Source: Chiloscyllium plagiosum (lineage: Eukaryota). From it: 64,000 nt of DNA. The stretch covers positions 52,406,401-52,470,400 of the forward strand of contig NC_057728.1 of the NCBI RefSeq assembly GCF_004010195.1, written 5' to 3'. The translations under genes and the position numbers were made by a program. Position 1 is the stretch's first letter. Each line of letters opens with the position of its first letter. The notes under the pieces are model-generated. The model saw nothing but the letters and a program-made list of their open reading frames with translations. It made no database searches and had not been told where the DNA came from. Below, piece after piece: positions 23,801 to 35,800 of the stretch.

Positions 23801-26800
23801 AGAATGGCAAAACTTAAAGTTTGCTTTTATAGGCAGCCATGTGAGAATGCTTTTTTATCTTTACTTGAAATGAGAATTCTTCACGGTCCTGGGTCTTAAA
23901 GATTATGAAAGAGTTTGAAAAACAGTAGATGAGAAAATAAGCTCATAAGAAATATGAGCAGGATTAGACCGCTCAGTTGCTCCATTATTTAATAAGATCA
24001 TGGCTAGTCTTCTGTTTTCAGACAGACATTTCTACATGTGGGGGAGAGAAAAATGAAAAGCCAAAAATAAGATAAAAATCTTGCCAGTGACCTTCAGGAT
24101 ACTCAGAAACTCAGAAGAACAGAAGGATCTTGTGGTACTTGTCTACAGATTCCTGAAGGCAGTAGGACAGGTTATTACGATGGTTAAGAAGACATATAGG
24201 AGGCTTGCCTTTATCAGTTGTGGCATAGATTATATGTGCGGAGAGGTTATCTTCGAGTTGTACAAAACTTTGGTGAGGCCACAGCTGGACTGCAATTCTG
24301 GCAACTGAACTATAGGAAGGATGTAATTGCAATGGATGGGATGCAGAGGAGATTCACTTGATGTTGCCTGGAGTGGAACAGTTTAGGTATGAAAGAGGCC
24401 AGATAGGCTGGGGTTATTTTCTTTCAAGCAGAGATTGCTTAGAGGAACCCCACTGAAGTGTATAAGATTATGAGGGGCATGAACTGGGTGGAGAGATGGC
24501 AGTTAATCTGCTTAGGTGAAAGGTAAGTAACAAAGGACATAATTTTAAGGTTAAAGGGGAGATTTAAGGGGAGATTTGAGGGAAAATATTTTCACACAGA
24601 GGGTAGTGGGAATCTGGAATGCACTGCCTGGAAGGGTAGAAGCAGGAAACCTCAAAACCTTTAAAAATACATGGGTGAACATATGAATGACATATCATTC
24701 AACGCAATGGACAAAGTGCTGGAATGTGGGATTAGTATAGATAGGTCAGCATAGACTTGATGGGAAGATAGGTTTCTTCTGTGCTTTGTGGCTCCATAAA
24801 CAAAATAAGGGTTAGAACACAGTATCAACCATTAAATTCAATGGGATATACTTACATACCTGTAGAAGTTGCACCAAATATTCATTCAGTGTATTGATGA
24901 CATCAATACTAGAGGGTACCATTCCTTCTGGCAAAGCGAGAGGTTGGAAGACAACACTGCATCCTCCAGATTGTCGTAACAAAGTTAGCTCACTCTCCAG
25001 GTTTGTAATCTAGCGAAAGAAAAAGAAAGGCATCTACTTGAGATTTGCTTTGGAACTTTAATGATGGGGTTTCAGCAGCACTAACAAATCCAGCACTTAT
25101 TTCCCATCCCCAAATGTCATCCAGAAAGTTGAGAGAGCAGTCATCTTAACATTTTGCAATCCATGTGGTGAAGATGTGCACATAGTGCTGTTGGGTAGGG
25201 AATTCTAAGATTTTGACCCTGCAGTGAAGGAACAGCTGAGATGTGCTTAAGTCAGGATAGTGAGAGAGACTTTGAAGAAAATATGGAAATAATGGTTCTC
25301 TCATGCTTCTGCAACCCTTGTTCTTCTTTTATTAAATATTTATTCTTCAGATTTGGATAAGACCACCATTAATTACCAAACCCCAGTTGCCCCTGAGAAA
25401 GTGGTGATGAAATGCTTTCTAGATCAGCTATTTCAGCCAGCAGTTAAAACTCAAAAACTAGTGGTCCTTTGTGCTTGGACGCACACATAGAACACCTGGG
25501 GTATGGATAGTGGGTTTCCTTCTTTCAAGGTTGCAAATTTGAGGAAATTATTTTACTTTACCTGACAGATAAAACTGTTATTTGATGTTGACAACCTACT
25601 AACATTAGCATTGACTTGAATTGAATGGCAACTTGTGCATGGAGGAATTTTACGTAAGGTTATAAATAGAATGGCACTTGCAGTTTGACCCTATGCAATC
25701 CAATTTGCAGAATCTCATTACACAGAGACAACTGGTGGTGGTTTTAACTTGCAAGTCACTGTATCGCAGGTAAGGGTAGATGTTGAGGAGAGTCCTTCTT
25801 AATAGCTTCAGCTGGCATGGGAATTGAACAAATGGTGTTGACATCACACTGCATTGCAAACCAGTAGCCAGGCAATTGTGCTAACCAATGGCAGGATACA
25901 GTAGTTAAGTACTCACTAAGACAGATTTTGAGCGTACGAACCCTTTCTGTAGCTTTTGCCAGCTGGTTGCCAGCTATACCAGCCTCTTTGCGTGCCTCTT
26001 TAAGCTCCTGTCGAAGTTCCTCATTCCTCCCCTTCATCTGGTCTAATTGTGCTTTCAGGTGGGTATCACTGTTAAATTTATCTGTGGTATTCTTTCTCTC
26101 GATTGCCTGAAACAACATTTGGTGTAGCTCAATTAGTAGGTCAGCACATGTTGCACTTTAAATCAAGTTCACAAGACAAAGTCACTTCGTCACATTTGTA
26201 ATAGAAATAATTCACTCAGGAATAATTCTGTGGACCAATGTACAACATAAAGACAATAGTTAGTGGTGTCAGATTTCCACTACTGTCCATATGACAAATG
26301 TTGCCCACTAAATGTTTTTAAACATATTTCTGCAAACTGCAAGTCCCATGTTTCACAGAATGTGCAAATGTTGGCTACATTTGCCCATGTTTTTTAGATA
26401 AATATTTGAGTTTCCAAGTCTTTCTTTTATGTTATCAGTGAAAAGATTTTTCAGACCCCCATGAATATAGTTTTTGGAACCTGTTTATTCATTAGCCTTG
26501 GTGAGGCCACACCTTGATTATTGTGTGCAGTTTTGGTCTCCTAGTCTGAGGAAGGACATGCTTGTAATTGAGAGAGTGCAGCAAAAGGTTCACAAGACTG
26601 ATTGCTTGGATGACAGGACTCACATATGAGGCAAGACTGGATTGAATAGGCCTGTATTCACTGGAATTTAGAAGAATAAGTGGGAATCTCAGAGAAACGA
26701 TGAGAATTCTGATGGAATGGTCAGGCTAGATGCAGGAAGAATGCTACCGATGTTGCTAAGTCCAAAACAAGGGGTCACAGTCTAAGAATAAGGGGCAAGC

Positions 26801-29800
26801 CATTCAGGACTGAGATGAGGTAGTATTTCTTCACTCAGAGAGTTGGGAACCTGTGGCATTGTTTTAAAAAATTCTCAAGGTCAGGTTCGTAGGAGAGTAG
26901 TCTGACACAGAACAAACGACCAAGAGGCGAGTCTGCTAGAATATGAGCATTTTATTCCCCGCAGCGTCGCCACAACCAGGTCTCATACTTACAACGGGTC
27001 TGGCTTATACTCACTCTACATGTTACCGGAACTGGGAGCCGTCAGTTCTCGTAGAGCGGTTGCCAACAACCCACGCTCGGCGGTTAAACGTAACCCCGGA
27101 GCAGACTCCCCGAACTGGAGACTTTTCCAGCTGATATACTCTTTTCCAGATATAAACATTCATGTGAACAGCAGAGCAAGGCTAAAAAACACATTCCATT
27201 CTGGTTACATACAGATAAGAAGATTCACACGGGAAGGTGTACAATAAGATTCACACGGGACTAAGCAACACCTCCATTCCGGTTAGATTCACACATGTAT
27301 TGGGACACAATGTTAACCCTTTCACCACATTCCACTGCTTGGCACAATACATGTGTTGCATAATGATACACACATGTAATGGGACATAATTTTACACCAC
27401 ATTCCACTGCTTGACCCAATACATGTGTTACATTATGATTCACACATGTATTGGGACATAATTTTAACCCTCTCACCACAACATGTGTTACATTATGCAA
27501 TTCGTTTCAGTTAATTTCAGTTCAGTCAATTCAGTGTAGTTCAATTCAGCTCAGTTCAGGTCTGTTCAGTTCAATTCAATTGTGTTCAATTCAGTTCCGT
27601 CCATTTCAATTCAATTTAGCTCAGTTCCATTTTGTTCCGTTCAATTTGATTCACTTCAGTTCCACTCAGTTCAGTTCAGTTCAATCCCATTCAATTCTGT
27701 TAACTCCGCTTCAGTTTTTTGGACATGCCCACATCCTCCGCTGTACCCCAGGCAAGGGGTTCTTCGGCAGGACTGGGATCCTTTCTCAAACAAACTGCCA
27801 CGTACATGCCCACATCCATGCCATCCCGGGACGGTCGGGACCTCCACAGTTTGTTCTTCTGGTTTCTTAGTCTTTTTCCAAAACATTGTTCTGTATCAAA
27901 ATCTCTCCTCAATTGCGATTGATCCTGCTCGACTACGCCAAATGTTTTTAAAAATTCTCAAGGTCAGGTTCGTAGGAGAGTAGTCTGACACAGAACAAAT
28001 GACCAAGAGGCGAGTCTGCTAGAATATGGGCATTTTATTCCCCGCAGCGTCGCCAGAACGGGTCTGGCTTATACTCACTCTACATGTTCCCGGAACTGGG
28101 AGCCGTCAGTTCTCGTAGAGCGGTTGCCAACAACCCACGCTCGGCGGTTAAACGTAACCCCGGAGCAGACTCCCCGAACTGGAGACTTTTCCAGCTGATA
28201 TACTCTTTTCCAGATATAAACATTCATGTGAACAGCAGAGCAAGGCTAAAAAACACATTCCATTCTGGTTACATACAGATAAGAAGATTCACACGGGGAG
28301 GTGTGTAATAAGATTCACACGGGACTAAGCAACACCTCCATTCCGGTTAGATTCACACATGTATTGGGACATAATTTTTAACCGTTTCACCACAGGCATT
28401 CTCTCACACAGGAAGCTGTTGGGGCCAGTTCATTAGATATATTCAAGAGGGAGCTGGAAATGGCCCTTGAGTCTAAAGGGATCAAGGGGGATGGAGAGAG
28501 GGCAGGAATGGGATACTGAGATTGCATCATCAGCCATGATCATATTGACTGGTCTACTCCTGCACCTATGTTCTATGTTTCTACATTTCTTCAGATGTCA
28601 AATTCCCAAAAGGTGGTGTGTTTGGCACTGATGGAATAAATAATTGAAAAATATCACAGATTATGTGACTAATCAGCATGATTCAAATTAGTAGGCATCA
28701 CAAAGATTTCAGGCCAGTAATGAGGCCTCATAGATCTTCAATAGTTTTCAGATCACAGAATTCAGAGTGCCACAAATTAGGGAAAGAAATATGCATGTCG
28801 TTCTGATATAATGCGCACTTAGTTAACATTAATTCACGAGTTGGAGTCTGTGTTTCTAAAGCACAAACTTTTAAAATGTCTGCTGGCTGTAACATGATTA
28901 TATCACCAACACTGTTTTCTAAAGCGTGATTTTTCTTTATTGCGGGATTGTACAAGAACACAACCATTGTGTCATACAAAAGCTACCTGTATAGAGAGGA
29001 GGAGTCACAGATAGATGGAATAGAAGAGATACAAAGTGCAAGAGTGAGAGTGACCTTGATTATTAAGTTTGAATCTCCATCACAACATCTAAAAGCAAGG
29101 GATAGTCCGGTTGTATCCGACAGCCAACAGGAATTAAGATCACATTTCAAGCCAACCTGGAAGCTGCGGGACTCAGGAATGTGGACTACCAGTGAGCAAT
29201 GTCGTGAGAGATACAATAGGAACTAAGGAGGTCGACTAGCACCTTGCATTGTTCTTAAAAAAAATGCATTCCTCTTGCTGTACCTATTCACACTTACATT
29301 ATTTGGTTGAAAATTCTCATTTACTTCACAAAACAAAACATAGGACGCAAATAATAGCAACAGAGACACAGAGGAGCAGATTGGCGGGCTGATTATGGAA
29401 AGGTTCAGAAGTAACAGGGTGTTGTCATGGGTGACTTCAAGTTCCCTAATATTGATTGGAACCTAGTTAGTACAAATAGTTGGATGGAGCAGATTTTGTC
29501 AGGTGTGTCTACAAACGATTCCTGACTCAATATGTAGATAGGCCGACTAGAGACGAGGCCATATTGGATTTGGTACTTGGCAACGAACCAGATCAGGCGT
29601 CAGATCTCTCAGTGGGAGAGCATTTCGATGACAGTGATCACAACTCCCTGACCTTTGCTACACTCATGAAGAGGGAAAAGTATATAATTGGGGAGGGGGA
29701 ATTACAATGCTATTAGGCAGGAACTATGGAACATAAATTGGGAACTGATGTTCTCAGGGAAATGCATGACAGAAATGTGGAGTTGTTTAGGGAGCACTTG

Positions 29801-32800
29801 CTGCGCGTGCTGGATAGGTTTGTCCCACTGGGGCAAGGAAGGGATGGTAGGGTGAAGGAAGGAACCTTGGATGACAAGTGATGTGGAACATCTAGTCAAG
29901 AGGAAGAAGGAACATTACATAAGGTTGAGGAAGCAAGGATCAGACAGGGCTCTAGACGGTTACAAGATAGCCAGGAAGGAATGGAAGAATGGACTTAGGA
30001 GAGCGAGAAGGGGGGCATGAAAAAGCCTTGGTGGGTAGGATTAAGGAAAACCCCAAGGCATTCTACACATATTGAAGAACAAGAGAATGGCCAGAGTGAG
30101 GGTAGGGCTGATCAGGGATAGTGGAGGGAACTTGTGCCTGCAGTCGGACGTGGTGGGGGAGGTCCTTTATGAAAACTCTGATTCAATATTCACTAGTGAG
30201 AGGGACCTTGTTGTTTGTGAGCACAGCGTGAAACAGGCTAAGGTTGCCACCCAAGTTGCTAGGCTTGTTAAGAAGACGTTAGGTGTGTTGGCTTTCATTA
30301 GCAAGGGGATTGAATTTAAGAGCCACAAGGTTATTCTGCAGCTCTACAAAGCCCTGGTTAGAACACTTGGAATATTGTGTTCAGTTCTGGTTGTCTCATT
30401 ATGAGAAGGATTTAGAAACTTTATAGAGGGTGCAGAGGAGATTTACCAGGATGCTGCCAGGGCTGGAAGGTGTGTCTTATGAAGAAAGGTTGAAGGAGCT
30501 AGGATTTTTCTCATTGCAGCGAAGAAGGATGAGGTGTGACTTGATAGAAGTGTACAAGATGATGAGAGGCATTGACAGGATGGATAGCCAGAGACTTTTT
30601 CCCAGGGTGGAAATGGCTATCATCAGGGGGCATAATTTTAAGGTGACCGAAGGAAGGTTTAGGGGAGTTCTTTACACAGAAGTGGTGAGTGCGTGGAATG
30701 CACTGCCAGCAGTGGTAGTGGAGTCACATACATTAAGGACATTAAAGTAACTCTTGGCTAGGCACATGGAAGATGGCAAAATGAAGGGTATGCAAGTTAG
30801 TTTGATCTTAGAGTAGGATAAAAGGTCGGCACAACTTCGAGTGCCGAAGAGCCTGTACTGTGCCGTACTGTTCTATGTTTGATGTAATGAACCAATTCTT
30901 GGCTCTCAGAATTATAGTACAGAGCTGCTTTCATGGAAGAAATGGCCTCCAAGAGTCAGCACACAAAGTGCTCAGAATGGTTTATTAGATTGGTTCACTA
31001 AACAGTTTATTATTTTCGTTATTTTTTTCAGGGATGCAGACCATAAGATATAGGAGCAGAAATCAGGCCATTCAGCCCATTGAGTCTGCTCCACCATTCA
31101 ATCATGGCTGATAGGTTTTTCAACCCCATTCTTCCGCTTTCTCCCCGTAACCCTTGATAATCAAGAACGTATCTATCTCAGTCTTAAATGCCCTCAATGA
31201 CTTGGCCCCCACAGCCTTCAGTGGCAATGAATTCCATAGATTCACCACCCTCTGGCTGAAGAAGTTTCTCCTCATCTCCGTTCTAAAAGATCTTACCCTT
31301 TACTCTAAGGTTCTAGTCTCTCCTACCAATGGCGAGGCCAGTATTTATTATCCATCCCTAACTGCCATTGACAAGGTGGTGGTGAGTCACTAACTTGAAC
31401 AGCTGCAGTCCATGCAGTGAGGTACACTCAATGTGCAATAAGATAGATAGTTTCAGAATCTTGACCCAGAGATCGTGAAGGAATGACAATACTGTTCTAC
31501 GACAGAAATTAGAACGAGAAAAAGTGATGATACTTACAGTAACTAGTTTCTCCAGACTTTCTATCTTAAGGATTTCTTCCCCTCCTTTTGAAATGCCTTC
31601 AACTTGAGTATTCTTTATGGCATGTAAAATATCTTTCATACCACTTTCAAATTGCTGATTCTCTTCCATCAGTTCTTTTACTGTAACCAACCAATATTCC
31701 TCAGATTAGTAAAGATTAGTAAAGGAACTACAGTCGTCAGATTTAACTCAGTGAAAAAAAAACATATTAAAAGTGCAAAGTATATCAAGTATATCACAAC
31801 TCATTTAGTATCTTTAATATAATGAAACATTCCAAGGTGCTTCACAGGGACATGATAAGACAAAATATGACATCAAGCCACAGTGGAAATACTTGGTCAG
31901 ATGGCCAATCTCTTAAAAGCAGGAAGATGAGGTGGACAGGCAGAGAGGTAGGAAGGGAATTCTGGAGTCTAGGGCCAAGAGAACCAAAAGTACCAGCACT
32001 AAAGGTGCAGCAGTTCTAACTGGGAATGCTGATGAGGACTTAGAGGAATGCAGGTATTGGTTGCAGGATTAGAGCAGGTTACAAAAATGGGGAAGGGCAA
32101 TGCCATGGAGGGATTTTTAAAAAAAGAATGTGAATTTTCAAATCCAGCCATTCTTTGATCAGGAGCCAATTAATTGCAGTGATAGGGAATTGACTCGGTA
32201 TGAATTAAAACACAAACTGCAAAATCTTGGATGATGCGAAGTTTTGGGAAAGTAGAATGGTGGGCGACACGGTGGCACAGTGGTTAGCACTGCTGCCTCA
32301 CAACGCCAGAGACCTGGGTTCAATTCTAATCTAATCTAATCTAATCTAATCTAATCTAATCTAATCTAATCTAATCTAGAACATCAGAGTCTAAACAGAA
32401 GTGCATTGGAAGAGCCAAATCAACAGATAAAAGTAATGAAGGTGCCACTGAGGGCTTCAGCCAGCAGGCTGGGAGATCAATCCCAGTTCAATGAATATTG
32501 CAGGAGAGCATTCCAACAGCAGTACCAGATATGTAAAAAAAAAAATGCGGTGTCAATCTGGTGAAACTGGAACATGGGACCAAACAGTAGAAGCAGCATG
32601 CAATAGAGAGAGCTAAATGATCCCCTAACAAGTTGGTCAGACCTAAGGTCTGCAGTACTGCCACTTCTATTTGCAAATAGTGGAAGGCAAGTGAACAAAT
32701 AACAGGAGTTGGAGTTGAATATGTTCCCATCCTCAACATTCCAGCAATAGTACTAAAGGACGTGCTCCAGAACTCTGTGCCTCTAACCAGATTGCTCCAA

Positions 32801-35800
32801 TGCAGCTGCAGAGCTTGCATCTACCTGATAGTGTAGAAAATTGTTCAGGCATGACTTGTGCACAAAATGCAAGACAAATTCAACTAAGCCAATTATTGCC
32901 CAACCAGTCTTTTGTAAATATTCACTAATGGGATGTTGGTGTTGGGGGCTGAGCCAGCACTTCATTGCTCGTCCCAGTTGCGCTTGAGAAGGTGGCGGTG
33001 AGCTACCTTCTTAAATAACTGTAGTCCATGAGCTGTAGTAGACCCACAATGTGTTAGGGAGGGAGTTCCAGAAATATGACCCAATGACACTGAAGGAATG
33101 GCAATACAGTTCCAAGCCACAGACAAAAATAGGAATTGTTGGAAAAACTCAGCAGGTCCGGTAGCACCTGTGAACAGAAATCAAAGTTAACATTTTGGGT
33201 CAAGCGACCCTCCCTCATAACTGATTTCTCTCCACAGATGCTACCAGACCTGCTAAGCTCTTCTAGCAATTTGTAGTTTCATCTCTGATTTACAGCAACC
33301 ACGATCATAGAGTCTTACAGCACAGAGACAAGTCCTTCGGCCCAGACTGGTCCATGCCAACCAAACTGTCTGTCCACGCTACCCCCATTTTCCTGCACTT
33401 GGCCCATATCTTTCTAATCCTTTCCTATCCATGTACTTGTCCTTTAGTACTATTGCTGGAATGTTGAGGATGGGAACATATTCAACTCCAACTCCTGTTA
33501 TTTGTTCACTTGCCTTCCACTATTTGCAAACAGAAGTGACAATACTGCAGACCTTAGGTCTGACCAACTTGTTAGGGGATCATTTAGCTCTATCTATTGC
33601 ATGCTGTTTAAATGTTGTTAATGTACCCACCTCAACCACTTCTGCTGGCAGCTCATTCCATATGAGTACTACTCTCTGTGTAAAAACGTTGCCCCTCAGG
33701 TTCCCTTCTATCTTTTCCCCGCTATCCTTAAACTGATGCCCCCTAGTCCTCAATTCCCCAACACTGGGTAAAAGACTGAGTGCATTCATCCTATCCAAGC
33801 TTCTCATGATCTTACATACCTCCATATGATCCTCCCTCAGTCTCCTACACTCTAAAGAAAAACGTCCTAGCTTGTCCAACCTCACCCTATATCTCAGGCC
33901 ATTGAGTCCTGGCAACATCCTTGTAAATTTCTTCTGGACTCTTTCCAGTTTAATAACTTTTTTATCTAAACTGCTCTTCATATACAGATTTGACAAAACA
34001 ATTTTAAAGTTTTATTTTGAAAAGACTTACATTTGGCCTGTAGTTGAGCAATTTCGGTCCTTGTTTTTTCCAGTTCTTTTTCCTTTACTTCCAATTCTCT
34101 TGAAATATATTCATTCTAAAAAAAATTGCAAATATAATTCACCATCTGAGAATTGCATACATACTTATCACTTCCCTTTAGAACCTTGGGATCATGGATA
34201 CTTAAGGCCCAAGAGGCCATTCAGCCCTTCATGTTCCTGTCAGCTCTCTGTAAGAGCAATTCAGCTCGTCTCAACTCCCCTCACAATGTCCCCATAGTCC
34301 TGCATTTCTTTTCTATTCAAATAATTATCAAATTGACTTTTTAAGGCATGTCGGAATCCATCTGCACCTCATTCTCAGGCAATACCCCCTTCTCTCAGGC
34401 TTTCCCTCCCTGTGTCCGTTTTTTGCTCCACTGCCATTTCTCCTTCTAACTTCCCTGATTAATGGGTTAAACATCAAAAGAAATAATGCACTAATCAGAT
34501 GACTATATTGTGATTAATTGGCATCACCAGTTCACTGATCAGATTCCAAATGGGCCTGACACAACTGTGACATAACCAAGTCAGAGAATTTTTGTTTTTG
34601 TTCCAGCTGATATCTGCTTCACACTGCTGGAGCACTTCAAATCATAAAAGATCCCATCGCTCCTTGTTTACAGTCCCGCTCGGTGTAAATGACAGGAAAC
34701 ATGCCGGATGATATGTATCAATCACTTTTAAAAGTATATATTCATGTGATTTGGATGTCATTGCTGGGCCAGCATTTATTGCCCATCACTAGTTGGTCTT
34801 GAGAAGGTGCTGATGAGTTGCATTCTTAAACTACTGTATTTCATTTGGTGCAGATGCACCCACAGTATTATTAGGAAGGACGGTCAAAGATTCTGACATA
34901 GCAATACTGAAGGAACAGCAATATATTTTCATGTTGGGATGTCACGTGGCCTAGAAGGGAACCTGTATGTAGTGATATTCCCACGTATCTGCTGCCTTTA
35001 TCCTTCAAGATGATCACAGTCATGGGTTTGGAAAGTGCTGTCTAACAACCATGATGAACTTCTGAAATACATCCATGTAGATGGAACACACTCTTGAATT
35101 ATACCTCATTGATGATGGACAGACTTTAGAGAGTTGGGAAGTGAGTTATTCACTGCAGGATTCCTGGCTTCTGACTTGACCTTACAGCCACAGTATTTAT
35201 ATGGTTCATCCAGTTCAGTTTTGGGTCAATGGTTATCCCATGGACGTTGATAGTGAAGAATTCATATATGATGAAGCCATTGAATATCAAGGCAGAATAA
35301 CTCAATTCACTCTTTTTGAAGATTGCCTGGCACTTACGTAGCAGGAACGTTACTCATCATTTCTTAGCCCCATCCTTGATATTGCCCATGCCTTGCTGGA
35401 TCTGGATGCAAACTGCTTCAGCAGCTGAGGAGTTGTGAATATTTTGCAATAATTAGCAAATATCCCTACTCTTGCCGATGATGAAATGAAAAACATTGAT
35501 GAAACAGATGAAAAGCTCCTATAAGATGTCCCAAAACTGAGATGACTGATCTCTAGCAAGTATCTTCCTTTGTGCTTGGCATGAATCCAAACAGTGAGAG
35601 TTTCCTTGGATTCTCAGTGACTCCAGTTTTGTTAGGGCTCCTTGATACTACTCCATCAAATGTTACCTTGACGTCAAGGGCAGTCATTCTCACTTGCCGT
35701 GTGGAATTCAGCTCATTTGTTCATATGTGAACTGAGGGTGTAACAAAGTCAGGAGCTGAGTGGGTCTGGTAAAACCCAAACGGAGCATCACTGAGCAGAA

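Larger units (their letters stand above)
26860..28394 (-). mobile_element. Non-autonomous LTR retroelement (TRIM-like) with two near-identical LTRs, tRNA-Ser PBS and 5-bp TSD
   Basis: TG...CA LTRs at 26860-27329 and 27943-28394. GGCAT at 26855-26859 and 28395-28399. PBS TGGCGTAGTCGAGCAGGAT on the minus strand at 27922-27940. No gag/pol motifs seen. Confidence 0.92.
26495..28586 (+). mobile_element. CR1 3' fragment split by an LTR element
   Basis: The CR1 3' region runs to ...ctgtggcat (26859) and resumes at ggcattctctc (28395), ending in a (TATGTTC) tail. Confidence 0.85.

Noticed and set aside
27286..27715. Repeat array that superficially resembles CRISPR
   Set aside because: Eukaryotic context, no unique spacers and no cas genes; it is tandem repeat plus microsatellite within an LTR element.
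27020..28308. Duplicated 75-aa ORFs and ORFs over the (TTCAG)n tract
   Set aside because: They are antisense readings of the LTRs and low-complexity DNA, with no recognisable protein motifs.
34386..34454. Purine-rich exon-like segment on the minus strand before exon 19
   Set aside because: Frame 0 has a stop, and the other frames end in phase 1 or 2, incompatible with exon 19.
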